From: Leptogorgia sarmentosa
Taxonomy: Eukaryota
Assembly (NCBI GenBank): GCA_964658305.1
Contig: OZ210885.1
Span: forward strand, 7,130,001 to 7,194,000
Length of the DNA stretch: 64,000 nucleotides
Direction of reading: 5' to 3'
The notes under the pieces were generated by a model. That model saw only the letters and a program-made list of their open reading frames with translations. It ran no database searches and had not been told where the DNA came from. This document shows, piece after piece, positions 1-12,109 of this stretch; positions within the stretch are counted from its first letter, which is position 1; each line of letters begins with the position of its first letter. The translations under genes and the position numbers were made by a program.

Positions 1-15
1 CACCGCAAAACTTCC

Positions 16-170
16 CGATGGAACTTCAAGGAAATTTCAAGGAAATTACGAATACTATCTAAGGAATTTAAGGAAATTTTGATGCCAAAAATAGGAAATT
101 TTGATTTAGAAAATGGAAGCACTGATTTTCATACAAATCGAAGAAGGTGTGTACATTCAAATCGCGCTTA
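16..170 (+). promoter_or_regulatory. 5' flank with repeated AAGGAAATT motifs, homologous to the 5' flank of the Kelch gene
   Basis: Colinear with the reverse complement of about 15124-15276 (CGATGG..CAAGGAAATTT..TGGAAnCACTGA..TCGAAG). Confidence 0.6.
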
Positions 171-180
171 ACAATATAAA

Positions 181-515
181 ATGGCCTTCACTGTAAACAG
201 CCCGAACGTCGTTTATACCGACAAGTACATCGAAAGCCTGTTTCAATACGAAACGTCCGAAGTGAAACAAGATTGTGGAAAAATCGAAGTGACTCCGAAG
301 CGAACCGTTTACACGTTTAAAACGGAGAGAAAAGTGCCCAAACTCGGCTGCATGCTCGTAGGCTGGGGTGGCAACAATGGCACTACCCTAACAGCTTCGG
401 TGCTCGCAAATAAATTGAATTTATCGTGGAATACAAAGTCGGGCGTTTCGAAACCGAATTACACTGGTTCGGTGACACAATCTTCGACCGTAAGCTTGGG
501 AGCGGGAGCAGACGG
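181..515 (+). CDS. ISYNA1: Myo-inositol-1-phosphate synthase, N-terminal part (interrupted by transposon insertion)
   Basis: ORF 181.. has the MIPS signature KLGCMLVGWGGNNGTTLT and NYTGSVTQSST. Similarity stops at ..GAGADG where a TIR begins (516). Confidence 0.95.
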
Positions 516-530
516 AGGCCTACTTTGGGG

Positions 531-645
531 GCCAATGTCGGCTAATGTCGCTGCGACAATAGGCGACATTTGGCGACATTGGGGATTTTCAAAGAAAATT
601 CCTTGCGACATTAGGCAACATTAGGCGACATTGGGCGACATTAGG
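531..645. repeat. Left subterminal 10-bp repeats (TTAGGCGACA-like)
   Basis: Two reverse copies followed by several forward copies. Confidence 0.85.
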
Positions 646-3446
646 TTAGATAGATGGACAGTATTAGAAATATTTGTCAGCCCAGGGGCTGAATTGGGGG
701 CCACACCACAGTGACCTGGGGTGCTTATGGACAATAATTGACAAATTTGAATATTCCCATGATCTCCTAGCCTGGAGACCCACTACTATTCTAATAAAAT
801 ACAAAAAATAGTAACTCTGAATAACATTGTTTATATTGTACAGATGTTTGGACTTCAGCAATAATACAAGGAAGCAAAATGTTATTAGGAGTTAATATTC
901 TTTTATGTGAGTTAATGAACATAAAAATCAAAAAATGTCAGTTAATGAGCAGCTATTAATAAATAGCAAAGCAAGTAAATGCAAATCAGCAAGTATTTCA
1001 ATACTGCAATTCATAATTGGTCAATTAATCAAGTTGTTTAAATACTCAGCTTATTGAAAAGTATAAACAGGTAATAATTAATGCATTATATATTGCACAT
1101 ATTGCCCATGGAAGTATTATTTCTTTACCTTACTAAATAACTGTCAACTATTCATTGATATTGTCATATAGCTCATACTGAATTATTTAATCAGCATTCA
1201 GCCATCAGGGTCACGCTTGTTTGCTGTAAACGGACGCTTTGTAAGACCTTCCGGGATATGCAGTTGCTTCTAGGAAGTTTATCAAATGATGTATCGTTGG
1301 ATATGAAAAGCATATCAGTGATTTAATCGTATTTATTATCATTGAAAGTAGCAAAGTCAATTTCATATTCTAAAAAGTCGTGTTTTCGCCATATTAGCAG
1401 CCTGCGGATAGGCAAAATTGTTTCCATAAATGAATAGTAACATTCAATTTCCACTTTTCGGCAAATAAAGTTATAGCCACTGGTCATAGCTGGGATTAAG
1501 AGGTCATTTACATATTAAAAATCCTGAAACTTAATCTCTAATCCTGATCTAAAACCAACCCCAGATCTAACCCTATTGTTTATTGTATTGGCAATCCTGA
1601 CTAATCCTAGTGATTATCTTTGGGGTGTAAAGATATATGAAAGTGATTCTAAAAACAATTACGAGACGAAAGAATTTATCGACAGAAATAGTTAATTATT
1701 AAGTTCGGTCCACTGAGCTAAAGAAATACTGGAGAGAGTGCACGGCATCAAAAAGTGAAGCCAAAATTATGGCGTGGATTCATGCTTGCCACGCCAGATC
1801 CACGCCACTGGAAGAGGTGGGAATTTTGTCTCCGCTGGTCACATATTCGCTGGCGCGGTCATCATTTCTTCGATTTTCATCTCTTGTGCCAACGTGTTCG
1901 GTTTTTGTCACGGCAAATATACCTTTTTTGTGCAAATTATTTGTCGAAACGTAGATTCTTTTGAAGCTCAGGGAGAAATGTTTACGCTACAGAAATTTTA
2001 TTGAGATCGATGTTAGTTTTGAATGAATTTCAGCTGCGAAAACATGGTAGAAAATGCGTTCTGTTAATATTGTCGTGTGTTTATGACGCTAGAAATCTTG
2101 TTTATCACGATCGTACGAACATGGGTAAGTGATTAAATTTTCCTTGATTCTTTAGCTCTCAGAAAGTATCGTTAGATTTCTTGTTGGATATAACATAATA
2201 GCATGATCGTTCGTGTAAAATTGGCTATTCAGAGAATAAGTAGGTTTTTACGAAGTTTTCAAAGCAAAATTGTGCAAAATCTAGTCGAGAGCCTCAAAAC
2301 GAAATCCATTTTAAAAGTGTTCACATGTCCTATACTTTTTAATTTTATAGCAATTTTAGCAATGAAAATTCGCACCGATACGAATTTCGCTCAATTTGTA
2401 AGCGTGGTGTATATTTTGTCCACGTTGTCTTCTCCTAAAATACCGTGTGAAAGTACACTTGATGTACTTTGATTGCCTTCAACTTGCATTTACGTTATTC
2501 TTTACATGCAACAGAAGTAAGGAAAATATAGCATTGCCAAGAATTTGCATTTGTTTTCTGTACTCAATAGGTTAGAGTATTAGTATTTTTTGTCGAGGAA
2601 ATTATGAAGCAACCCGTAAAGAAAAAATGGAATATCTTTAAATTTTGTCGAGAGCCTCAAAACGAAATAGGGATAAAAACACTTTACTTCTACCATAGAT
2701 CACGTTAGTATCATGTTTATTGATATTAAAATTCGCGTTCATAGAAATTTCAGGGTTCAAACATGAGCAGTATGAAACGTTCCACCAAAATTTCTTGCAA
2801 GCGCTGTAAACATTGCGAAGCTTGTACGGGAAATTCCGAGCACCGACCGATGATGAAAATATTTGCCTGGCTTCATGTTGTGTTTCTTTCTTTGCAATAG
2901 AATGACAAAACATTTGCTAAATTTTGCTCTTTATTTCTAAAATTTTTGTTTTCAAAAAATAGCCATGGAAACATGATCTTTAATGACTATTTACATTCTA
3001 TACAAAAATTAATTTAATCATTATTTTTTCAACAAACATTCCTTGTAAATTGATGCAATTTACAATTGTCGAACATTCAGATAAAATCATTAATATTTAT
3101 AATATTTACATTTTATATAATTATAATCTTGAACAAATTATCTTTGCAATGCAATTTAAAATTGTCAAACATTCAGATAACATTGTTGATATTTACATTT
3201 CATACAACTAATTAAATCATTGATTATTATTCCAACAAACATTCCTTGTAAATTGACGCAATTTAGAACTGTCATACATTCAGATGATATTGTTAACATT
3301 TATACTATTATCATTTTGTATAATTATGGCTTTTATTATTTATAATCATGAAATCTAATTTGATTGTCATTGTTCATAATTACCATAGCAAAAAAGATAT
3401 ATGAGACAAAATTTGTTCATAATACTGCATCAGACATTCTTTTGAT

Positions 3447-6400
3447 TTATTCTTCAACATCGCTTTGAATAACTGCGAAGTTTGACCCTGCTAGTGATCC
3501 ATTCCAATGACGTTTCACCATTCCACATAAATATTTCACAAAGTTAAAGATATTGGAGGAGGTGGCAATAATAGCTCCGTGTGGACCATGTTCATGACTG
3601 TCCATTAAACATAAGTTTCCGTCTTTCATAAAAATGAGCATGGATTTATCAGGTGGAACTATCAGGACTGAAGTGAATTCCCTGTGGCTTTTCGCTAATG
3701 TTTCTAATTTCTGAAGAAGTTCGGCAGGTGTAAAAAATCCTGTATCTTCAATAATACTTATTCGATGTTTTAGCATTCTCATTTTTTCAACAACTTCTTT
3801 AACCTCCAGGTTTGGTTGACAAGGATCAATACCAAACTCTTGATACAGGAAATTGCCTTCTCTCATGAACTTGATAAAGTTACTGATGGCTTCAGAAAGT
3901 TGTTGTTCATTTGCCGGAAATGTCATACCACCACTGGCTAATTTAATGGCTCCGAGAACTGATATTATAGTGCAGGCATTGCTACCATGGAAAGAACCAA
4001 AGATTTGGGACTGGGAAATATTGTTTGGCAAGATCCACTCAACAACTCCAGGGTATGTATTTCGTAAAACTGTTATTCCACCAGATGAATAGTTATTGGT
4101 TTTTGAGAGAAGATTATCAGAGCAGGTGAATGATTTGTTTGTTAGGGTCTGGCTATTGTTTTTTCCCCCACATTCTTCAGGTTTCTCTTCTAGATGTTTT
4201 GTGGATGGTGGTGTTGTTTTTGTAACTTGTGTTGCCTGATGGGTTGCATTGCTTGCTTGTGGTCTTTTCTCATGTTGCTTGCTTGTGTTGTTTCCTTGTG
4301 AACCTTGTGTTGGTTGCTTTGGTTGGTTGCTTGTGTTGCTTGAACTTCTTGATTGTGTTGCTGATGTTTGCTTGCATTGTTGCGTTCTTGTGTTGCTGTT
4401 GCTTGCTTCAGTTGGTTGCTTTTGTTGATTGTTTGTATTACTTGTACTATCGTCTCTTATTTTCTTGTTAATTGATGTAATTGCCTCTTCAATATATTGC
4501 TCATCTACATTTGGGATGTTGTTTGTACCTTCATCGTTGTCATGATCTTCTTGTCTTGTATCTGATATGTCCTCCACCTTATCGTTACTTGGATTGTTAT
4601 TGAAGATGGCCTCCTTTGCCACTTTACCCAATTCTTCAATATTGCTTTCCAGCAACTTCTTGCATAAAGGACAGTAAGTGAGGTTTTGCAGGCATTTGTC
4701 ATGGAACGAGTGCCAGCAGCCTTGCAGGATTGACCACTCACCTCCCACTTCTTTACAATCTGGGGAATCACAATTCATGTCCTCATCCGGTGGTCGTTCA
4801 CCATGGAAGCCAAGGGGTAGGATAATGTCGTCCATTCGTTTCTTTCCAAAAATCTCTGGCATTGTAACTGTCATTTTCTTTTTTCTTTTGTCCTTTGAAA
4901 AGTGGAAGGAAGTGTGTGATGGGTTGTTGCGAACTGCTGCCAAGACATCTGCCAAAAATCTAGCACACTTTAGTTTGAGATATTTTAGTTGACCATGAGA
5001 GAATGAAAAGTTCTTTGGTGGAGTAAAAATGGACCGGAAATGCATTTGCTTCGCTTTCGATTGGAATATGCTTTTTACCTTTCTTGTCAGTAGTGAAGCA
5101 GTATCTGAATGTTTTGTTTGTGCCCTTATGATGCTATGGGTGTTCTCAACTGGGTATTCATCAGATATTACGAGCCAATTTTCAAAAAGATGATAAAATT
5201 CTGGGAAACATCTCATCCAATGTGTCATATTCGCAATCCAAACCAATGTTGCTTTGTTGTAATGCCTTCGTCGTAAACATGTAAACATGACCCATATTCT
5301 GATTACCGCATTGAAATATTGGGCAAACTGATTGGATTTGAATGTTACAGGATATATTGACAAAACTAGCGGGATATAATTGTCCAGGAGATTCAAGAGT
5401 GTTCCATATTGCAGGTCTTTGCACATGGCATACGCATTTCGTGTGGTTTCCCTTATCAGCGTCCATCCACCATATACAACTTCTAATAATAGGCTGATGC
5501 ACCAGGGTTTAGGATTCTGTGGTAACTTGCTAGATGCAAAAAGGTACTGGTAGACATTTTTGAAAAATGGGTGAAAGGATAGCAATACATGTTCCCTGCT
5601 ATTAAGTGATATATGAAGAGGACCTATCAGAGGAACAATAGAGGCCATAGGTGGAATAGGAATAGTGGACTTTGATGACTTAGGTGGAAGTGTGGTGTCC
5701 AACTGATTGAAGGCTGCCCTGGTTTGTTGCAAGTACCTAGTGACTTGTTCATACACCAATTGTCTGCTGTAAAACTGGCATGGCCAATCACCTGGTTGGA
5801 TCAAGATGTATTTCTGCATATATAACTTTAAATTTGTGTTGATTGCAATATCGAATGCCTGTCTGAAGTTTTCCTTTGACTTGAGTTGGAGTTCAACAAA
5901 ATCAACCAAATGTAAATTATCCATTCTTCTCATGGTACGAACAGATGGATTTTCACAGTATTCATGTACCGAGATGCGCAGTCGTTCTGATTCTGGCTGA
6001 AAAAATTGTGTCATCATCCAATCTGGCATGGTAGATACATATGTATTTGCCATAAGAGACAATTGATTATTTGAACAGATGACTTGTTTACAAGAATCTA
6101 TATCCACCCCTTGTTCTTCATGAAGGCTGATTATGTTGGTACTAGAGGGTCGTTCTATGGCTTTGAGATTTTTGAATGCCTTTACAACAATTGTACACAT
6201 GCTGGCGGCAGTTGAGGTATGGATTCCTTTTGGTCTTCGATGTGTATGGACATTGGTATAATCATCAATAATGAGAACCAACAACCACTGGTTTTTTATA
6301 GCATCTAGGAGAAAGCTGTTAAGCTGCTGTAAGTTTTGTGTGGCAAGAGAATTGAGGGTGGAGTCCATCGTTCTTCGACAACATGTATTTCCCATGCGGT

Positions 6401-6727
6401 TTTCTGTGTCTATTCCTTCTTGGCTCATGTGGTTACTATTCAGATACAAGGCATGGTCTACCTGCATGACATTACATTGCTGACTTAAACAATAACACAT
6501 CTTATATATGAAAGATACAACTCTTTTCTCATTTAGCTGAATTCGGTTTTGTGAATGCCGGGAATTGGTAACTGCTGAAAGGATTGTATCAAAGAGTGTT
6601 GGGGCTCCAGATGACAAACAGAAGTTTCTCAACTCTTGTGGATCATAAATAGGTGCTTGTTTACCAACAATGAATGCCTGGTACATTGCATCTTTGATAA
6701 CGAGAAGCTCAGTTTTAATGTCACATC
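3447..6727 (-). CDS. Main exon of putative DDE transposase with RING-like finger and C-terminal papain-fold (tegument/VTD-type) deubiquitinase-like domain
   Basis: 1079-aa ORF inside the TIRs. Candidate catalytic motifs VLIIDDY, PGDWP, IGPLH, EYPVENTH. Cys/His cluster CDSPDC..CWHSFHDKC..CPLC. Q/T/S/N linker. GSNACT..LMDSH. Splice acceptor tttag at 6728-6732 (minus strand). Confidence 0.7.
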
Positions 6728-7147
6728 CTAAACAGTAAGAACAGTATATTTTAAGTGGTCATGAATGTTAATTTTTTTATTTACCCCTCTCTCTTTCAAA
6801 CACTTCTGCCCACCCCCACCCACCTGCCCATTTTACTGTACATACGTATATGACTTTTTTATTTATTTATTTATCTTTGTCACAAGACAGGGTGACCACA
6901 ATGCTCAGCATAATGGCAATTACCTCACCATATATTTACACATATTATATAGTACAATAATATATATTATAATATGTTGCTATAAATTATTTAGGAATAC
7001 TTCTGTGGTCAATCAGTCAATTTACTCTTACCCTTAAGCCCCCCTTTCAGGTTGTTATATACTGCAAATAATACCCTACTCAAAAAAGACACACTAATGG
7101 TGCCAGTTGGATATGTTGGAGCTGTTCAGCCTTTGCTGGGTTAAGAC

Positions 7148-7426
7148 TTAAGAAACTACATGTAATCTCGGATAAAATGTCTGACAAATTTGTAATATGA
7201 ATTTTATTTTGTTCTCACTTGTAAGGAGTCTATTCATGTCTTGTTCAATTTCACGAAATACATTCTCGGGTAAAAGAACCCCTTGTGGTCCACGAAGAAT
7301 TTTGCCAAACCTAGACTTTTCTTCACGCCATTCCTCTTCGTTAACATAGCGTTCAACTCGCATTGGTTGTATTTTGCGAACTCGTTTTGGCCGGCCAGGT
7401 TTCAGTTCCAAGCCCAAGGTGGTAGA
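7148..7426 (-). CDS. Second exon of the inner transposon gene (basic, KPGRPKRVRK); 3' boundary unresolved
   Basis: Acceptor tttcag at 7427 joins exon 1 in phase 0. The link to the main exon is unclear (possible frameshift near 7150). Confidence 0.55.
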   Translation of the reverse strand, partial: STTLGLELKPGRPKRVRKIQPMRVERYVNEEEWREEKSRFGKILRGPQGVLLPENVFREIEQDMNRLLTSENKIKFILQICQTFYPRLHVVS

Positions 7427-7522
7427 CTGAAACATTTTAAAAACAACAACAAATTAACGATAGTATAATTGTCCTGTCAATGGGTGAATATATTCTTATT
7501 TTGTACAGGTTTATATACTTAC

Positions 7523-7789
7523 TCTTGTAGATGTTTTCTTCGATATTTTGTATTTATTGAAAGCTCGGTAACAAGCGCTACACAGCACGCCATTGGCGTT
7601 GTTGACCGGACCGAAACAACTTGAAAAATTCGTGTTCGTGGAGTTAACTGTATAGTATCTTTCCGTTTTCTTGCCGTGGGAATCTTTTCGGCCACAAACA
7701 CAGCAAAATTTTCCACTTGCAAAATTAGACGTCGTATAAAAACCCAACAAAACGCCCAGGAAAACAGCGAAATTTTTGTTTATATACAT
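7523..7789 (-). CDS. First exon of the inner transposon gene, C4 zinc finger
   Basis: CCVCGRK...LCSACYRAF. Donor GTAAGT at 7522, phase 0, in frame with the next exon. Start codon uncertain. Confidence 0.6.
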
Positions 7790-9409
7790 TTTATTTACAT
7801 TAAAAAGGGCATTTAAATTTCCCGCCGCTCGCTCAGGGAAAATCACACGAAGGGGAAAACATTCGCGCGTGGTTCAAACAAATTTCCACGCATTTATTTT
7901 TCGCGCATGCTCAGACAAAATTCCCACCTCTTCGCCACTGGTTCCTAATTTTCATTGGAGCACCACTGACCAGAACAAAATTTGAGCCCACTAAAGACTT
8001 GTTTTGGCCAAAATATTTTGGTTTTTGCAAAGGATTTTTCGGTTTTTCTTCCTTTTTTGACATTCTGATATCATTTCCTGCCTTCAAGACGACTGAAGAA
8101 GTGGCGACATCCATTCTAGCTAGTTAAAAATTAAGCGACACAGATATTCGGAGCTCGAAAATCTCATTTGAAACTTGAAAGGTAGTCTTTATAGAAAATA
8201 TTTTATTCAATTTTTTGCATAAAAAAGGGATTACATTTACCTTTTTGGTTGAAAAAACTCTGCTTTTTTTATAAGGATTGCGAAACCGTTTCAGCCGTGC
8301 AAAAATTCGGCCTTTTCGTCTTGATTTTTTCAATATAAAAACAAAATTTCGGCTTTTTTTTACAAAAACATCGTCGGGGAGAACATGAGACCGCTGTTGG
8401 TCAGTGGAAATTATATGAGAAATAGGAACCAGTGGCGTCAGCAACGGTAAAATCCGCCATGTTTTTGGCTTCACTCCTTTGTATGGAAAAAGTCGAGTGC
8501 ACTCTCTCCAGTAATATTATATCTCAGTGGTTCGGTCCCAATCGCAGTCCATTGCACGGAAATCAATATGGCGGCCAATATGGGCAATGTAAATTTCAGG
8601 ATTTAGCAATTTAAAATGTTCCTGTCCGGCCAATTCGTCACGTATGGTTATGTATGATGTAGGACCACTATAGTTTATAAATGTATTGACATCCGCAACG
8701 GAATCATGTTTGAATGCAGTATGCAGACAGGATGTAAGTGTATTTTGTAAAGCAGTATCCAGTATGTCACACATGGAAGTGATAAATGTCTTAAAATTAT
8801 ATGTGAATATATTCTAATTTATTTGGTTTATGCAAATTTCATTTGCATGTTAAACATAAAGTTTTCAGACTGCTACAGTGAACTTGCATACATATTTATA
8901 CCACCTTCATTTGCTATTTGAAAGAGCATTTCACTTTCAAGTCCAAAACTGTTCAAAATAGTAATATGTAGGTATACTTTGTGGATAGTATATGAGAATG
9001 AATAGAGTTTTGATATTTTTTCCATTTCATCAATATACTGACGTTGACGGAATTAGGTTCTAATGAATGACCCCAGGCCCTGGTAAGGAGGGCTATCACA
9101 GCTATAAGTTCAGCTATGTTCTAGTGTTTCTGCTGCACAAAAAAACAGATCTATACTATGCTTTGCATTGACCCAGTTGTTTGAAGGAATAAAAGGCCAT
9201 GTTTTCAATGGGCTAAGTGCCAGGTAGTCTCAACAGGGAGAAAATGCTAACTTTTTAATATATAGCCTAATTATTAAATGTTAGGCATTGCCTTATATAT
9301 ACCAAAAATCAAGAAAGCCTATAAAAATTAACCAATTACTCAAGGATAGGGTAGATATAAGAAGGTAATGCTGGTTGACACTACCTGACATTGGGCAATG
9401 ATGTGCGCT

Positions 9410-9492
9410 AATAGGCGGCATTGGGTGACAATGGGCGACATTAGGCGACATTAGGCGACATAAGGCGACATTAGGCGACATTAGGCGACATT
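9410..9492. repeat. Right subterminal tandem 10-bp repeats (TTAGGCGACA)
   Basis: Directly visible tandem array abutting the right TIR. Confidence 0.9.
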
Positions 9493-9516
9493 GGCCCCCA
9501 AAGTAGGCCTAGACGG

Positions 9517-10819
9517 AGAGGTTTTTGTGCCTCTCAAAGCCCTTCTGCCGATGGTCGAGCCAAACAAAATAGTCTTCGACGGCTGGGATATTAACTCGAT
9601 GAACATCGCCGATGCGATGCAACGCGCCGAAGTGCTGGACTTCGATTTACAACGACAACTTCGTCCGTACCTAGAGCCTCTCAAACCACGACCTTCGATC
9701 TACTGTCCCGATTTCATCGCAGCAAACCAAGCCGACCGGGCCGACAACGTTCTCAAAGGCTCTAAGAAAGACATGGTCAAGCAAATCCGTGCAGATATTC
9801 ATGATTTTAAAGCGAAGAATGCGCTCGACAAGGTCATTGTACTTTGGACGGCGAATACCGAACGGTTTTGCGAAATTCAAGAAGGCCTAAACGACACTTC
9901 GGACAACCTGTTAGCATCAATTGCTCGAAACGAGGACGAAGTATCGCCTTCTACGCTGTTTGCCGTTGCAAGCATTTTGGAAGGCTGTTCGTATATCAAT
10001 GGATCGCCACAGAACACGTTCGTTCCGGGTGTGGTGTCGCTTGCAGAGAAATACCACACATTCCTTGGTGGTGATGATTTCAAATCGGGTCAGACCAAAA
10101 TCAAATCGGTTTTGGTTGATTTTCTCGTCGGCGCTGGCATCAAACCCGTCTCGATCGTAAGCTACAACCATTTGGGGAATAACGACGGCAAAAATCTCTC
10201 GTCTGCGAGGCAGTTTCGTTCCAAGGAGATTTCCAAGAGCAACGTGGTCGATGATATGGTGGAATCGAATCCAATCCTTTACCAGAAAGGTGAGAAGCCG
10301 GATCACTGTGTTGTTATCAAGTATGTACCATATGTAAAAGATAGCAAGCGTGCCATGGATGAGTATACCTCTGAAATATTTATGAATGGCACAAACACAC
10401 TTGTCATACACAACACATGCGAAGATTCGCTCCTGGCCGCACCAATCATCCTCGATCTGGTCATACTCTGCGAGGTTTGCGAGAGGATAAAGTTTCAAGC
10501 TGGCGCCGATACCAATTTCCAGAGCTTTAATACCATTTTGTCCATACTTAGCTACTTGCTCAAGGCACCACTAGTACCCAGCGGAACGCCTGTTGTGAAT
10601 GCATTGTTCCGTCAGCGCGCTTGCATTGAGAACATATTCCGTGCATGTGTCGGACTTGCTCCGCAGAATAACATGTTACTAGAACACAAGCACTCGAGCG
10701 TAGCCCATTCGAAGCCTACGGAATACTCCAATGGCATTTGCGAGATTAATGGAGTTGCAACGAAGTCTGAGAAAAACTCTGATGTCCATGTCCCGGTGTT
10801 AAATTTACTTTGCAATTAA
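9517..10819 (+). CDS. ISYNA1: Myo-inositol-1-phosphate synthase, C-terminal part
   Basis: MIPS motifs [48 protein letters not shown]. Joining 181-515 to 9517-10819 gives an uninterrupted 1638-nt frame (545 aa; ..[13 protein letters not shown]..). Confidence 0.95.
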
Positions 10820-11085
10820 ACACTTAGTAGTTTAGGTCTATTCTAATATATTTAAAGTTTTTCATAAAAAGGTGTAAACTTACATTTGAAGATGCTATTT
10901 TACTCTTCGGCTATTTATTGCTTTAGAGAGCGAGCATTAGGTACTGTGTTGGGCTTGTGGACAGTTTAATGGCAGCAATGTGCCAGAACATTGGTCTAGT
11001 ATTTTGTTAGCTTGTCTCTAGCACTTTATCACAATATTGTTGTTTGATGTTCATAGTATTAAAAAATGTTCAATTGTTAATTGCT

Positions 11086-11231
11086 TTGTCTTTGTTTGCT
11101 TTCTTATTATTCTATTTTTATTTTATGTAAAAGTTAGATCAAAAATATACTTATAAATAAAAATTGATATTCAACATTTTAAAGAGGGTGAAATCAAGAT
11201 TCAGCATTCAGTATATAATTAAAAATCATAA
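11086..11231 (+). repeat. 3' flank block with AATAAA, inverted copy at 13093-13240
   Basis: Near-identical reverse complement, e.g. ATAAATAAAAATTGATATTCAACATTTTAAAGAGGGTGAAATCAA. Confidence 0.9.
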
Positions 11232-11497
11232 AATAAATGAATTCATTTTACTTACAATGTGAAGACGAACTGAACGTACAGCAAAAAAACACAATTCAGT
11301 CCATACTTTTTTAGCGTGTTTGTAATCCTTATCGCTTTTTCCACAGTCCCTTGCTCTACCTTCTGAGCTATCAGAAATACAATTCGTCGAATGTGTAAAA
11401 AAGGGTTGTGCTTTGTTTCGAAAAAAAATTTTTTTTTACGATATGTTTAACGTTTTCGTAGATATGCATGGTCAGAATGAGTTTTGTTAAAGGATGA

Positions 11498-11632
<135 letters not shown>

Positions 11633-12109
11633 TAATTAATAGTGTTTTCTGGAAATCACAAAAAAAAAATACAAAAAAACTGGGTAAAAGATAATATTGA
11701 GGAATATAAAAAAGTCTTTAAAAAAATCAAACGTAAGAGATACAAAGGTATTCCATTCATAATGACCAATGAGGAAATAAAAGATTTAGATACAGATGAA
11801 AAAATCAATAAACATAACTTAGATTTTCAGAATAAACATAAAAACAAACCTAGAGTTAAGTATTTAATATATAAGAAAAACCAATGCCTATACCACGGAA
11901 ACAATTTAAGATCCAATAGATTAGTTTGTTGTGAGTGTGAGGATAGAATAATTATCACCATGAAAAATGTTGAAGAAATTTATAATGTTTTATCCCCTTG
12001 GATAATATTTGGTGCAATACGTGAAAAAAACAGGCAGAGAGGGATTTAACACAGCTCACGTTAAAATTGGTATAAAAAATACGGCGGAATAGATTTTAAA
12101 CTTAAACGA

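Larger units (their letters stand above)
1711..8529 (-). mobile_element. Inner 6.8-kb coding TIR DNA transposon, superfamily unassigned
   Basis: Imperfect TIRs CACTGAG..TACTGGAGAGAGTGCAC..GTGAAGCCAAAA..ACGCCACTGG (about 1711-1811 versus 8429-8529). 8-bp TSD GTTCGGTC at 1703-1710 and 8530-8537. Confidence 0.9.
516..9510. mobile_element. Outer non-autonomous TIR DNA transposon (about 2.2 kb excluding the nested element)
   Basis: Perfect 25-bp TIR AGGCCTACTTTGGGGGCCAATGTCG (516-540 / 9486-9510). 6-bp direct repeat AGACGG at 510-515 and 9511-9516. Subterminal TTAGGCGACA repeats at both ends. Confidence 0.93.

Noticed and set aside
181..624. 147-aa and 442-aa ORFs as two separate genes
   Set aside because: They are halves of one gene; the extra residues derive from TIR sequence.
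1711..8529. RAG-like (ProtoRAG/Transib) transposon call from CAC ends, Zn finger and RING
   Set aside because: TSD is 8 bp rather than 5, the RING is C-terminal to the core, there is no RAG2-like gene inside the TIRs, and no recognisable RAG1 core sequence.
516..9510. Polinton/Maverick call from AG..CT ends and 6-bp TSD
   Set aside because: No polB, integrase, ATPase or capsid ORFs; the coding capacity belongs to a separately bounded nested element.
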